Assembly: GCA_963727825.1 (NCBI GenBank)
Contig: CAVSHO010000007.1
Location: 96,001-160,000 of the forward strand
From: Ignavibacteriota bacterium
GTDB taxonomy: Bacteria; Bacteroidota; Ignavibacteria; UBA10030
Direction of reading: 5' to 3'
Length of the DNA stretch: 64,000 nucleotides
The notes under the pieces were generated by a model. It saw only the letters and a program-made list of their open reading frames with translations, was not told the origin of the DNA and did no database searches. Shown here piece by piece: positions 1 through 10,944 of the stretch (position 1 is its first letter; each line of letters begins with the position of its first letter). Both the position numbers and the translations under genes were made by a program.

Positions 1-668
1 TAGAAGATTATCGTGCCAAAGGATATCTTAAGGAAGCGATCGTGAATTTTATTGCATTCCTCGGTTGGAATCCAGGCGATGAGCGGGAAATATTTTTAAT
101 GGAACAACTTATTCAAGAATTCACTTTAGATCGTGTCGGCAAGTCCGGTGCAGTATTCAATGTCGAAAAATTAAATTGGCTCAATCAACAGCATATCAAA
201 CTTAAATCGAACGAAGAACTTGCTCAACTCATCAAACCGGATCTTCAAGCTGCCCAATTAGCGAATATAAATAATGATTATTTTCTAAAAGTAATCAGTT
301 TATTGAAAGAACGGCTGAACTTTCCGAAGAATTTTATTGAGATGAGCAAGTACTTCTTCCGTGACCCGGAATCTTTCGATGAAGCAGGATTGAAGAAATA
401 TTGGGAACCGGAGACAAGCGATCAACTAAAATTGCTCGCTGATCGTTTTGAGGCGCTTCTGGAATTTTCTCATGCTTCCGTCGAAGCAGCTTTACGGCAA
501 TTAGCCGAAGAGCTCCAGATTAAGCCAACTAAACTTATCCATCCTGCACGGCTGGCGCTTTCAGGAAGAACTATAGGCCCCGGATTATTTGAAATGATAG
601 AATTACTTGGGAAAGAAACTGTCGTTCGGCGTTTGCGCCGCGCGATAGAAAAATTCAAAGCGATGTAA
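1..668 (+). CDS. gltX: Glutamate--tRNA ligase, 5'-truncated by window edge
   Basis: Frame is open from base 3 (EDYRAKGYLKEAIVNFIAFLGWNPG); GAVFNVEKLNWLN and RLALSG..GPGLFE of the GluRS anticodon-binding region. Confidence 0.95.
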   Translation, partial: EDYRAKGYLKEAIVNFIAFLGWNPGDEREIFLMEQLIQEFTLDRVGKSGAVFNVEKLNWLNQQHIKLKSNEELAQLIKPDLQAAQLANINNDYFLKVISLLKERLNFPKNFIEMSKYFFRDPESFDEAGLKKYWEPETSDQLKLLADRFEALLEFSHASVEAALRQLAEELQIKPTKLIHPARLALSGRTIGPGLFEMIELLGKETVVRRLRRAIEKFKAM

Positions 669-735
669 GTTGCCTTTCCGGCTTTGGTTCAATATATTCA
701 TCTGCTTTTAAAAGAACATTCTATGTCGATAAAAC

Positions 736-1110
736 ATGAAAAAAACTTTAGGTGTTATTCGTTTGCGCAATGCGGTCTTCTACGCATACCATGGCGTGCT
801 TTTAGATGAACAAAACCTTGGCGGTAAGTTTGAGGTAGATGTAGATTTACATTGCGATCTTTCGCGCGGGGCAAAGAGCGATCACCTTGAAGATACTGTC
901 AATTACGAACGTGTTTATGATTGTATTCGCACGCTGGTGCTTGAGAAAAAACATTTACTGCTTGAATCGCTTGCAAGTGCAATTGGTAAAGGTATTCTAA
1001 AAAACTTTTCCAAAGTGCATTCCGTGACTGTAAAAGTTCGCAAACCAGGCGCACCTGTTAAGGGTATTATTGATTATGTGGAAGTGGAACTCATTGAGAC
1101 GCGGAGGTAG
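736..1110 (+). CDS. folB: Dihydroneopterin aldolase
   Basis: FYAYHGV..EQNLGGKFEVDV, DTVNY, LLESLA, VRKP; directly upstream of folK. Confidence 0.95.
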   Translation: MKKTLGVIRLRNAVFYAYHGVLLDEQNLGGKFEVDVDLHCDLSRGAKSDHLEDTVNYERVYDCIRTLVLEKKHLLLESLASAIGKGILKNFSKVHSVTVKVRKPGAPVKGIIDYVEVELIETRR

Positions 1111-1119
1111 CAGAAAGAG

Positions 1120-1632
1120 ATGAGTCGGATTTTTATTGGATTAGGATCGAACCTTGGTGACCGAGCAAAGTATCTGCGTAGAGCGCTTTCGGAGTTAAAA
1201 AATTTACACCAGACAACTGTCAAGAAATATTCATCGGTTTATGAAACTGAACCGGTGGGAGTAAAAGGACAACCAAAATTTCTCAATATGGTCGCTGAGA
1301 TAGATTCCAAGCTGCGTCCCGATGATCTTGTGCGCGAAATGAAAGAAATTGAGCATCGCGTCGGAAGAACGTTACGCGAACATTGGGGACCGCGAGAAAT
1401 TGATCTTGATCTACTTTATTATGGTGGTGAAATGCTGAATGAGACAGCATTGCAGGTGCCACATCCGGAAATATCCAACCGTAGGTTCGTTCTTCTACCT
1501 CTAAAAGAAATTGCCCCGGAATTTCAAGATCCCTTACGGCATCTAAGTGTTGAAGAACTTCTCCAACGCTGTTCTGATACCAGTGCTGTGCGGAAAACTA
1601 CTCAACAAATATCTTTGCAGGCAAAGGTATGA
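1120..1632 (+). CDS. folK: 2-amino-4-hydroxy-6-hydroxymethyldihydropteridine pyrophosphokinase
   Basis: IGLGSNLGDR, YETEPVG, FLN, WGPREIDLDLL, PHP, RRFVLLPL. Confidence 0.95.
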   Translation: MSRIFIGLGSNLGDRAKYLRRALSELKNLHQTTVKKYSSVYETEPVGVKGQPKFLNMVAEIDSKLRPDDLVREMKEIEHRVGRTLREHWGPREIDLDLLYYGGEMLNETALQVPHPEISNRRFVLLPLKEIAPEFQDPLRHLSVEELLQRCSDTSAVRKTTQQISLQAKV

Positions 1633-2288
1633 CAACTCAACTTCCTTCTGAAATTCATTATATCGCAATTGAAGGAGTCATCGGCGTTGGGAAAACAACA
1701 TTGGCTCGGATGCTATCTGATCGATTAGGTGCTCGTTTGGTACTGGAAAAATTCGAGGAAAATCCTTTCCTGCCGGATTTTTATAAGGACCCGGAACATT
1801 ATGCTTTTCAAACTCAAATATTTTTTCTGCTCAGCCGGTATCGGCAGCAGCAGGAATTATTCCAAGCTGATCTTTTCCACTCGCACATTGTATCCGATTA
1901 CATTTTTGAAAAAGATAAAATTTTTGCATACCTAACGCTGCGCGATGATGAATTGAAATTATACGAAAATTTGCTAGGTGCTGTAGAGAAAACGATTCCG
2001 CCTCCCGACCTTGTTATTTATCTTCAATCAAGCAACGACCGCCTAATGGCAAACATCAAGAAACGCGGGCGAGAGATGGAAAAGTACATGTCGGATGAAT
2101 ATATTAAAGAACTGAATGAAGCGTATAACTATTTCTTTTTCCGATACAAATCTACGCCTCTACTTATTGTCAAAGCTACGGATATTGACTTTGTTAATAA
2201 TCCAGAACATTTTGAAGATCTGCTGACTCAAATATTACGTCCGAATAGAGCGCCGGTAGAATATTATAATCCGCTTGTTAAGAAGTAG
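1629..2288 (+). CDS. Deoxynucleoside kinase
   Basis: IAIEGVIGVGKTT P-loop, ENPFL..FY, PDLVIYLQ, IKKRGR; 4-nt overlap with folK. Confidence 0.9.
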   Translation: MTTQLPSEIHYIAIEGVIGVGKTTLARMLSDRLGARLVLEKFEENPFLPDFYKDPEHYAFQTQIFFLLSRYRQQQELFQADLFHSHIVSDYIFEKDKIFAYLTLRDDELKLYENLLGAVEKTIPPPDLVIYLQSSNDRLMANIKKRGREMEKYMSDEYIKELNEAYNYFFFRYKSTPLLIVKATDIDFVNNPEHFEDLLTQILRPNRAPVEYYNPLVKK

Positions 2289-2289
2289 T

Positions 2290-2532
2290 ATGATTCGTTT
2301 ATTCATAATTGTTCTTTTCCGTTTTTTCGTAACAGCGCTTGTTATTTACTTAATACTTACCTTCTTGAGAAAGATTATCCGGACCTTACAAGGATATTCT
2401 AAACCTCCGCTACAAAAGCCTCAACAGCAGAAACGGCCAAAAGTAAAAGAGGAGTACAAAGACGTCAAAGATGCCAAATTTGTCGAACTACCGAATAAAC
2501 ATACCGAAGATAATCAAGATTCACATAAATGA
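2290..2532 (+). CDS. Small membrane-anchored hypothetical protein
   Basis: ATG immediately after the kinase stop; N-terminal TM helix, charged tail ending DVKDAKFVEL. Confidence 0.6.
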   Translation: MIRLFIIVLFRFFVTALVIYLILTFLRKIIRTLQGYSKPPLQKPQQQKRPKVKEEYKDVKDAKFVELPNKHTEDNQDSHK

Positions 2533-2624
2533 ATTGTTCCTCTACAGTCCATCATTTTGTTTGAACAAGTCCGGTTAGTTCCCTATATTTTGCAAACATC
2601 TTCTATCACTTTGAATGGCATCGT

Positions 2625-3923
2625 ATGGCACGAATCTATATCAACGAATTATTCCAGCATGTTGGTGAAGAAGTTCAACTGTATGGATGGGTATATAACA
2701 AACGCTCCAGTGGAAAAGTAAAGTTTCTCATTCTAAGAGACGGCACAGGCATTGCTCAAGCTGTGATTGTGAAAGGACAAGTACCGGATGAAGTGATTAA
2801 CGTATTTGAATCGTTGACACAGGAGTCTTCATTATCAATTCGAGGAAAGGTTAGAAAAGAAGACCGCGCTCCCGGTGGATATGAATTGGATTTGATTGAT
2901 ATTCCAAAGGTCTATCAAATTGCTCATGAATATCCAATCACTCCTAAAGAGCATGGGATCGAATTCCTGGCAGACCGGCGCCATCTATGGCTGCGCTCGA
3001 CACGACAGCATGCAATTATACGCGTGCGGCATCGTATCATTAAAGCTATTCGTGATTTCTTTGATGGACGTGGATTTACGCTTGTCGATTCGCCAATCCT
3101 GACTCCTGCGGCCTGCGAGGGAACTTCAACTCTTTTTGATACCGATTACTTTGATCTTGGAAAAGCATATCTCACACAATCGGGACAATTGTATGCAGAA
3201 GCAAGCGCTATGGCAATGGGAAAAGTGTATTGCTTTGGCCCAACATTCCGTGCGGAAAAATCGAAAACGCGCCGCCACTTGACAGAATTTTGGATGGTTG
3301 AACCGGAAGTAGCCTTTAACGATTTGAACGATAATATGGATCTGGCAGAAGATTTTTTAGAATACATTGTTCAAAGTGTTTTGAAAGATTGTTTGCCGGA
3401 ATTGAAAGTGCTGGAGCGTGATATTACAAAACTCCAGAATGTAAAAAAACCATTGCCGCGTATTACGTATGATGAAGCAGCGAAAATTCTTATTGATAAA
3501 GGATTGCCGTTCGAGTGGGGAAATGATCTTGGAGGAACAGATGAGACTGTTGTTTCCGAACGGTTCGATCGTCCGGTAATGGTGCATCGTTATCCGTCTG
3601 AGGTCAAAGCATTTTATATGAAACGCGATCCGGATAACCCGAAAGTTGCTCTTGCAGTCGATGTGCTTGCGCCGGAAGGATACGGCGAAATTATCGGCGG
3701 CAGTCAACGCGAAGATGATTTGGATGTTCTACTGGCGCGTATCAAGGAACATAAACTTCCGCAGGAAGCATTCGAATGGTACATCGATTTGCGGCGCTTC
3801 GGCAGTGTTCCGCATTCTGGATTTGGACTTGGTATAGAACGTACCGTTGGTTGGATATGTGGGTTAGAGCATGTGCGCGAAACTATTCCGTTCCCGCGCA
3901 TGATTTATCGTAATACTCCTTAA
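2625..3923 (+). CDS. asnS: Asparagine--tRNA ligase
   Basis: OB-fold [56 protein letters not shown]. Confidence 0.95.
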   Translation: MARIYINELFQHVGEEVQLYGWVYNKRSSGKVKFLILRDGTGIAQAVIVKGQVPDEVINVFESLTQESSLSIRGKVRKEDRAPGGYELDLIDIPKVYQIAHEYPITPKEHGIEFLADRRHLWLRSTRQHAIIRVRHRIIKAIRDFFDGRGFTLVDSPILTPAACEGTSTLFDTDYFDLGKAYLTQSGQLYAEASAMAMGKVYCFGPTFRAEKSKTRRHLTEFWMVEPEVAFNDLNDNMDLAEDFLEYIVQSVLKDCLPELKVLERDITKLQNVKKPLPRITYDEAAKILIDKGLPFEWGNDLGGTDETVVSERFDRPVMVHRYPSEVKAFYMKRDPDNPKVALAVDVLAPEGYGEIIGGSQREDDLDVLLARIKEHKLPQEAFEWYIDLRRFGSVPHSGFGLGIERTVGWICGLEHVRETIPFPRMIYRNTP

Positions 3924-3975
3924 CCGGACAATACATTCCACCTACCATTTTTCATAATGTTGTTTTTATTAGGGA

Positions 3976-5166
3976 TTGAATATGCTTAAAGTCAAAAACT
4001 TACGAAAAGAGTACGATACCGTCGTCGCAGTAGATGGCGTTTCGCTGGAAGTAAAACGCGGTGAGCTATTCGGCTTGCTCGGCCCCAATGGAGCCGGCAA
4101 AACGACAACCATTCGCACGGTGCTGAACATCATTAAGCCGGACAGCGGCGAGATCACATTTAACGGCAAACCGTTCACCAAGGAAATGTGGAACATTATA
4201 GGTTACTTGCCGGAAGAACGAGGATTGTACCGCAAGAGCAAAATTATTAATACAATTCTTTACTTCGCATCGCTTAAAGGATATTCTGATAAGCAAGCGA
4301 AGCCGCTGGCGTATTATTGGCTAGAACGATTTGGACTGAAAAACGAAGGACATAGGAAAATAGAAGAGCTGTCGAAAGGAAATCAGCAAAAAGTTCAATT
4401 GATCCTTTCCATTCTTCACCGTCCGGAATTGTTGATTCTTGATGAACCATTCACTGGACTTGATCCCGTCAACCAGGTTCTTTTAAAAGATATTTTGATA
4501 GAGCTTCGCCAGCAGAATACCGCCATTGTTTTCTCTACGCATCAAATGGAACAAGTGGAAAAAATGTGCGACAACATTTGTTTGATCAATAAGGGGAAAC
4601 CTGTGCTCAGCGGAGAATTATATGAGATCAAGAAACAATATGGAACGAATTCCATCCACCTTGAATATGAAGGCGATGGTGAATTCCTGAAAAGCTTTAG
4701 TTTTATTCGCCGGGCGGACGTGTATCAGAATTATGCTGAGCTTGAACTTACTGATATTTCCAAGAGCAATGAATTGCTTGCAAATCTCAATGGAAAATTA
4801 TCGCTGAGAAAATTTGAGATTGTCGAACCTTCCCTGAATTCTATTTTTATTAATGTTGTTGGCGGCCCTCAAGAAATTGAACAAGCGAGCGAGAAGCCGA
4901 TACCTGTTTCTCAGATTCAACAAAAATCAACCAACGATCTTGTTATGAAGGATGGGCGAGTTCGGAAAGCACTATTTTTATTTGTAGGAATGGGGATTCT
5001 TGCCATTTTCTTCACTGTCTCTGCTTTTCTTCGGCCGAATCCAGAACTTCTATCAATCGGAATCCCGTACGCTTTGGTCGTCATAAGCGGCGTCCGCTTT
5101 ATACAGACGAAGAAGAAAGTTGAGCGAGAATTCATAGCGAAAACATCGCGGGAGGAACGGTTATGA
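3976..5166 (+). CDS. ABC transporter ATP-binding protein (NatA-like) with C-terminal hydrophobic extension
   Basis: GPNGAGKTT, LSKGNQQ, LILDEPF, STH; two hydrophobic segments after the EPSLNSIFI end motif. Confidence 0.85.
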   Translation: MNMLKVKNLRKEYDTVVAVDGVSLEVKRGELFGLLGPNGAGKTTTIRTVLNIIKPDSGEITFNGKPFTKEMWNIIGYLPEERGLYRKSKIINTILYFASLKGYSDKQAKPLAYYWLERFGLKNEGHRKIEELSKGNQQKVQLILSILHRPELLILDEPFTGLDPVNQVLLKDILIELRQQNTAIVFSTHQMEQVEKMCDNICLINKGKPVLSGELYEIKKQYGTNSIHLEYEGDGEFLKSFSFIRRADVYQNYAELELTDISKSNELLANLNGKLSLRKFEIVEPSLNSIFINVVGGPQEIEQASEKPIPVSQIQQKSTNDLVMKDGRVRKALFLFVGMGILAIFFTVSAFLRPNPELLSIGIPYALVVISGVRFIQTKKKVEREFIAKTSREERL

Positions 5167-6410
5167 AATCTAAAGCGTTTCAGGTAGCAGTATGGGAATT
5201 TAGCGAAAAGGTGAAGTCTAAAGCGTTCATTATCTCGCTTGTTGTTATGCCGGTTATTATGGTTCTCTTTGGCGTTTTACCGGGATTGCTTGTATCGCGG
5301 CCTGATACAACTGCGACTGTCGTTGGTATTATTGATGAAACCAATAGCATTGTCGGTCCGCTTGCCAAAAGACTTGACGAAAAATTTAAATTACCTGATG
5401 GTCAACCAAACTATGTAATAAAGAATTTAAGTTTACAAGGCGCTATTGAAAAAAAGAAAGTGGCGGCCAATCGAATGGTAACAGCAGGAGATATTACAGG
5501 TTATTTCTATTTTCCTTCAGCCATCTTCGATAGCGGTAAAGTTGAGTATCGATCAGAAAATGTGAGTAATATAAAAATTCAAGAACGATTTTCTCGTACA
5601 ATAGAAGAAGTAATCGTTGAAAGCCGGATTCTGAAGCAGGGATTAGATCCTGCGATTATCAAGAAGATTACTGCAGATGTCAATGTAAGATCCATCAAAG
5701 TTTCCGAAAAAGGCGATGAAAAGGAAACTGGTTTTCTTGAGACATTTTTTAGTGGTTATATAGTTATTATGATGCTCCTTTTTTTAGTAATGACGTCAGG
5801 CCAGCTACTCATAAGGAGCGTTGTAGAAGAAAAAACGAACCGTGTTATTGAAGTGCTGCTATCATCCTGTTCTGCACGAGATTTAATGGTGGGAAAAATT
5901 TTTGGACTTAGCGGGCTTGGTATTGTGCAAATGCTGATTTGGGGGATGATCGGCTTCGCAGTATCATTAAAAACAGGGGCAAACATCTTCACAACAATAA
6001 ATCTGATGCTTTCACTTGTCTATTTTATTCTGGGATATATTTTTTATTCTGCAATTTTCGTTGCAGCCGGTTCTCCAGTGACTACCGAACAGGAAGCGCA
6101 GCAAATCACATCGTATGTGAGCTTATTACTTATTTTCCCAATGATTATCGCAATGCCTGTGATGCAAAATGCAAATTCAGTTTGGATAAAGGTGTTATCT
6201 TTTATTCCATTGCTTACACCAACATTAATGGTTTTGCGAATCTCCGTGCAAATGCCGGCGGCATGGGAAATATTAAGCACAATGGCATTTCTCCTTCTTT
6301 CTTCCATTGTCATGATGTGGGCGGCGGGGAAAATATTCCGCGTAGCAGTTTTATCATACGGGAAGCGGCCGACACTGCCAGAACTTTTTCGCTGGGTGCG
6401 TGAAAAATAA
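5163..6410 (+). CDS. ABC-2 type permease (NatB-like)
   Basis: N-terminal TM, large extracellular loop, VVEEKTNRVIEVLLSS, GKIFG, multiple C-terminal TMs. Confidence 0.85.
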   Translation: MKSKAFQVAVWEFSEKVKSKAFIISLVVMPVIMVLFGVLPGLLVSRPDTTATVVGIIDETNSIVGPLAKRLDEKFKLPDGQPNYVIKNLSLQGAIEKKKVAANRMVTAGDITGYFYFPSAIFDSGKVEYRSENVSNIKIQERFSRTIEEVIVESRILKQGLDPAIIKKITADVNVRSIKVSEKGDEKETGFLETFFSGYIVIMMLLFLVMTSGQLLIRSVVEEKTNRVIEVLLSSCSARDLMVGKIFGLSGLGIVQMLIWGMIGFAVSLKTGANIFTTINLMLSLVYFILGYIFYSAIFVAAGSPVTTEQEAQQITSYVSLLLIFPMIIAMPVMQNANSVWIKVLSFIPLLTPTLMVLRISVQMPAAWEILSTMAFLLLSSIVMMWAAGKIFRVAVLSYGKRPTLPELFRWVREK

Positions 6411-6445
6411 GATTTGATTCATCAATTAATTATTGGATTGAATCT

Positions 6446-6955
6446 GTGACACTCGAAGAAATACTATTTTATATTTTTGCAGCAGGAGGTATTGTCTCCG
6501 CATTGCTCGTTGTGACGAGGCGTAATCCTATCGTCTCTGCGGTATATCTCATAGTGAATTTTTTCTGCCTTGCCGGTATTTATCTGACATTGCATGCGCA
6601 GTTCATTGCCGTCATCCAAATTCTTGTGTATGCGGGCGCTATTATGGTTTTGTTTGTATTCGTAATTATGCTGCTCAATCTTGGCGACGAGCGCCGTTTA
6701 CGAGATGGATTCACTTGGAAAAAAGTTGTGGCTGGCGGCCTCGGTTTCGGCGTCTTAATGGAATTGATTTACATATTTATGATGCAAACCAGAACGCCAT
6801 CAATCGAAATGGAGCGTGCCACGAATATAGGGACAGTGGAGGCAGTCGGACGTGTGCTTTTCACGCGCTTTCTGTTTCCATTCGAAGTGACATCCCTATT
6901 ACTCACGGCGGCGATTGTTGGTGCTATTGTTCTTGCGAAGAAGAAGCTCGACTAG
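6446..6955 (+). CDS. nuoJ: NADH-quinone oxidoreductase subunit J
   Basis: RNPIVSA, QILVYAGAIMVLFVFVIMLL, FPFEVTSLLL. Confidence 0.95.
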   Translation: MTLEEILFYIFAAGGIVSALLVVTRRNPIVSAVYLIVNFFCLAGIYLTLHAQFIAVIQILVYAGAIMVLFVFVIMLLNLGDERRLRDGFTWKKVVAGGLGFGVLMELIYIFMMQTRTPSIEMERATNIGTVEAVGRVLFTRFLFPFEVTSLLLTAAIVGAIVLAKKKLD

Positions 6956-6997
6956 TGTTTTTTATTCATCTATAATTTTGCATTTAAACATTTTTCA

Positions 6998-7306
6998 TTG
7001 ATTATGGTTCCGTTAAATTCATATTTGATTCTAAGCGCTGTTATGTTCATTGTTGGTGCATTAGGCGTGGTTACGCGACGAAATGCAATTATTGTGTTCC
7101 TGTCAATCGAGTTAATGTTGAATTCCGTCAATCTGACTCTTGTTGCTTTCTCAGCATTTTTCGGAGATGCAACCGGCCAAGTACTCGTTTTCTTTGTAAT
7201 GACGGTAGCGGCAGCGGAAGCGGCAGTCGGTCTTGCAATAGTTATCGCTCTTTTCCGGCGTAAACAAACAATAAATTTAGATGAAATCAATATTATGAAG
7301 TGGTAA
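6998..7306 (+). CDS. nuoK: NADH-quinone oxidoreductase subunit K
   Basis: [28 protein letters not shown] (ATG at 7004 is an alternative start). Confidence 0.95.
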   Translation: MIMVPLNSYLILSAVMFIVGALGVVTRRNAIIVFLSIELMLNSVNLTLVAFSAFFGDATGQVLVFFVMTVAAAEAAVGLAIVIALFRRKQTINLDEINIMKW

Positions 7307-7390
7307 TGAAAAGTAAAATGGTAAAATGAAAAATTAAAAAGTAGGTAGAAAAAAATATTCTAATACCTAGCTCCTAAATCCTAAATTAAC

Positions 7391-9349
7391 ATGTTTTCAT
7401 ACGCACCACTAATTATAGTCTTTCCACTTATCGGATTTTTCATTCTTGGCTTTTTCGGTTCGCGGATGAAAAATGAAAAACTCATTGGTACAATTGGCAG
7501 CGGTACAGTAGGATTTTCCTTCCTTCTTGCTTTAATCCTTTTCATACAGATGTTGGGCATTGAACCGGGACAGCGAAAGCAGTCGGTGGAATTATTCACA
7601 TGGCTCTCAACGTTCACTGGTTCAACAAGCTCGCTCACTGTTAATGTCGCTTATCAAATTGATCAGTTATCAATTCTGATGACACTCATTGTAACAGGAA
7701 TAGGATTCCTAATTCATATTTATTCCATCGGTTATATGCATAACGATGTCGGTTTCTGGCGTTTCTTTGCTTATATGAATCTCTTTATCTTTGCTATGCT
7801 GAATCTTGTTCTTGCCGATAATTTTCTATTAATGTTCCTCGGCTGGGAAGGTGTTGGGCTTTGTTCCTATTTGTTGATTGGATTCTGGTACGAAAAGAAA
7901 TATGCATGCGACGCCGCAAAGAAAGCATTCATCGTCAATCGTATCGGCGACTTCGGATTCATTCTCGGTATGCTATTGATTTTTTCCACATTTGGCAGTT
8001 TGAACTTCAGCACAGTGTTTAACTCAGCATCGCTACTATCGGTAGGGAATATGACTGCTTTATGGATTACTATGCTGCTTTTCATAGGTGCGATGGGTAA
8101 GTCGGCACAGATTCCTTTATATGTCTGGCTGCCTGATGCAATGGCTGGCCCTACGCCAGTGAGCGCATTGATCCATGCAGCAACTATGGTAACTGCCGGT
8201 GTGTATATGGTTGCACGCTGTTCAATTCTTTTCGCACTTGCTCCGGTGACAATGGAATTTATTGCAATCGTTGGTGCAGTAACGGCTGTGTTCGCGGCGA
8301 CTATTGGCTTGGTGCAGAACGATATCAAGAAAGTTCTTGCGTATTCCACAATCAGCCAGCTTGGATATATGTTTCTTGCGATGGGCGTTGCGGCATTCAG
8401 TGCCGGCATTTTTCATTTAATGACTCACGCATTTTTCAAAGCGCTCCTATTTCTTGGTTCCGGTGCAGTCATACATGCGATGAACGATGAGCAGGATATT
8501 CAGAAGATGGGCGGATTAAAAGAATACTTGCCTATAACATATAAAACATTTCTGATAGGCGCGATTGCAATTTCGGGTATCCCGCCTTTCGCCGGATTTT
8601 TTAGTAAAGATGAAATTCTCTGGAGGGCGTTTAGCAGCGAGCAAGGATCCTGGGTATTATGGCTTCTTGGAGTATTTGGAGCGGCAATGACGGCGTTCTA
8701 TATGTTTCGCCTTGTGATACTTACATTTGAAGGCAAGAAGCGATTCTCCACCAAAGTCGGATCCGCCTCTGGCGGAGATACTCATCGAATAAATCCCCAT
8801 GAAGCACCAAAGATAATGACTATACCACTCATTATTCTTGCTATATTGTCGATAGTTGGAGGGTTTGTCGGTATCCCGCACGCAAGCGTTATCGAGAATT
8901 GGCTTGAACCTGTCTTCTCACCGGCACAATATAAATTACTCTCAGGTGAACATTCCGGTGGATTGATGGAATATTTGTTGATGTTTATTTCAGTTGCAAT
9001 AGCTGTCTCTGGCATATATGCGGCGCGTTGGATATATCTACGGCGTGTAGAACTTTCTATGTCTCTTATTAAACGATATCCTCGAATTTATCGCACGTTA
9101 CTCAACAAATATTATGTGGATGAAATTTATGATGCAGTGATTGTTGATCCTACAACGAAAATAGCAAATGATATACTCTGGAAGGCGATGGATGTTACAA
9201 TGATTGACGGATCGGTCAATGGCTTAGCGAAGTGTGTTGGCGGTATTGGTCAAGTCTTGAGGAAAATTCAAAATGGTGTGGCGCAATCGTATGCAGTGGT
9301 ATTCGTCGGTGGTATTCTTTTTGTGATTACATGGCTGTTGTTGAGATAA
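7391..9349 (+). CDS. nuoL: NADH-quinone oxidoreductase subunit L
   Basis: GWEGVGLCSYLLIGFW, KSAQIPLYVWLPDAMAGPTPVSALIHAATMV, THAFFKALLFL. Confidence 0.95.
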   Translation: MFSYAPLIIVFPLIGFFILGFFGSRMKNEKLIGTIGSGTVGFSFLLALILFIQMLGIEPGQRKQSVELFTWLSTFTGSTSSLTVNVAYQIDQLSILMTLIVTGIGFLIHIYSIGYMHNDVGFWRFFAYMNLFIFAMLNLVLADNFLLMFLGWEGVGLCSYLLIGFWYEKKYACDAAKKAFIVNRIGDFGFILGMLLIFSTFGSLNFSTVFNSASLLSVGNMTALWITMLLFIGAMGKSAQIPLYVWLPDAMAGPTPVSALIHAATMVTAGVYMVARCSILFALAPVTMEFIAIVGAVTAVFAATIGLVQNDIKKVLAYSTISQLGYMFLAMGVAAFSAGIFHLMTHAFFKALLFLGSGAVIHAMNDEQDIQKMGGLKEYLPITYKTFLIGAIAISGIPPFAGFFSKDEILWRAFSSEQGSWVLWLLGVFGAAMTAFYMFRLVILTFEGKKRFSTKVGSASGGDTHRINPHEAPKIMTIPLIILAILSIVGGFVGIPHASVIENWLEPVFSPAQYKLLSGEHSGGLMEYLLMFISVAIAVSGIYAARWIYLRRVELSMSLIKRYPRIYRTLLNKYYVDEIYDAVIVDPTTKIANDILWKAMDVTMIDGSVNGLAKCVGGIGQVLRKIQNGVAQSYAVVFVGGILFVITWLLLR

Positions 9350-9368
9350 TAAAAATGGAATTGATGCG

Positions 9369-10944
9369 ATGATTTCTGAATTCATCCTGACGATAACAAT
9401 ATTTCTTCCGTTATTTTTTGCTATTGTCATTCTGTTCCTTCCAGAAAAAAACGAGCGTGTTATCAAGCTGGTTGGATTTGGAGGAACAGCACTGACTTTC
9501 ATTGTCTCGCTTGTTCTTTATTTTGGATTTGATGCAACCGTTTTGGGATTTCAATTCCAACAAAAAACTATCTGGATAAGCAGTTTGAATATCAGCTATC
9601 ATGTTGGCATTGATGGAATGTCGCTGTTGTTGATTCTACTAACAACATTCCTGACGTCAGTAGCACTCTTAGGGTACATGGAATTCCATTCAGAAGCAGA
9701 TTAAAAAATATACTGCGATGGTGCTATTGCTGGAAGTTGGGATGATTGGCGTATTTGCATCGCTCGATTTGTTTCTCTTCTATATTTTCTGGGAAGCAAT
9801 GCTTATTCCGATGTACTTTATTATCGGAATTTGGGGCGGACAAAACCGTATTTACGCTGCGGTAAAATTCTTCCTCTATACTTTATTTGGCAGCGTGTTG
9901 ATGCTTGTCGCAATTATTTCGCTTGCGTTTTTTGCATCTACTGTTCCCGGCGGAAAATTTACGACTGATTTGCTTGATCTCTATCGGTTTGCACCGCTGT
10001 TTCCTGTCAACTTGCAGATGTGGATGTTTGCAGCGTTCGGATTAAGTTTTGCCATCAAAATTCCATTGTGGCCGTTGCATACGTGGCTACCTGATGCACA
10101 TGTCGAAGCACCGACCGCTGGCAGTGTGATTCTTGCCGGCGTATTGTTAAAGATGGGCACGTACGGTTTTATCCGTTTCAATCTGCCTCTCTTCGCCGAA
10201 GCATCGCTGCGTGCAATACCACTTATGTGCACACTCGCTGTCATCGGAATCGTATATGGTGCATTGTTAGCTATGGTGCAAACCGACATAAAGAAACTTG
10301 TTGCGTATTCATCTGTCTCGCACTTGGGATTTGTAATGCTCGGAATATTTTCGATGACGGAAGAAGGATTACAAGGCGCAATCATTCAAATGATTAATCA
10401 TGGGCTTTCGACAGGTGCACTTTTCTTGCTCGTCGGCATGCTTTACGATCGTACGCACACGCGGTTGATTGCAGACTACGGCGGAGTAGCGAAGCTTATG
10501 CCGATCTTTGCGACCTTTTTCATGATTATTTCCTTTTCATCTATCGGCTTACCTGGATTAAATGGTTTCATTGGTGAATTCTTGATAATGATAGGTTCGT
10601 TCAAATCCACTTTGATAGACAATCGAATATTTACCGTTGTCGCTGGACTTGGTATTATCTTCTCGGCTGTATATATGTTGTGGATGTATCAGCGGGTGAT
10701 GTTTGGACCTGCACGCCAAGATGGCCTTTATGGCGGACATCATCTTACCGATTTGACGAAACGAGAAATCGCTGTTTTTATTCCGATTGTACTCTTCATC
10801 GTTTGGATTGGTATTTATCCGAAGCCTTTCCTTAGCAAATCCGCTCAATTGGTGAAACACACGGTCGAGCAGATGGAAAGCGTGAAGCGTGGATCGCAGA
10901 TACGATTCATCGGTTCATTACAAATTCAATCTGAAAATAAATGA
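9369..10944 (+). CDS. nuoM: NADH-quinone oxidoreductase subunit M, split by a +1 frameshift near 9672-9675
   Basis: ORFs 9369-9704 and 9718-10944 join if one base is removed from 'ttagggtacatgg' (..LLG-TWNSIQKQIKKYTAM..); LHTWLPDAHVEAPTAGS, LLKMG. Confidence 0.9.
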
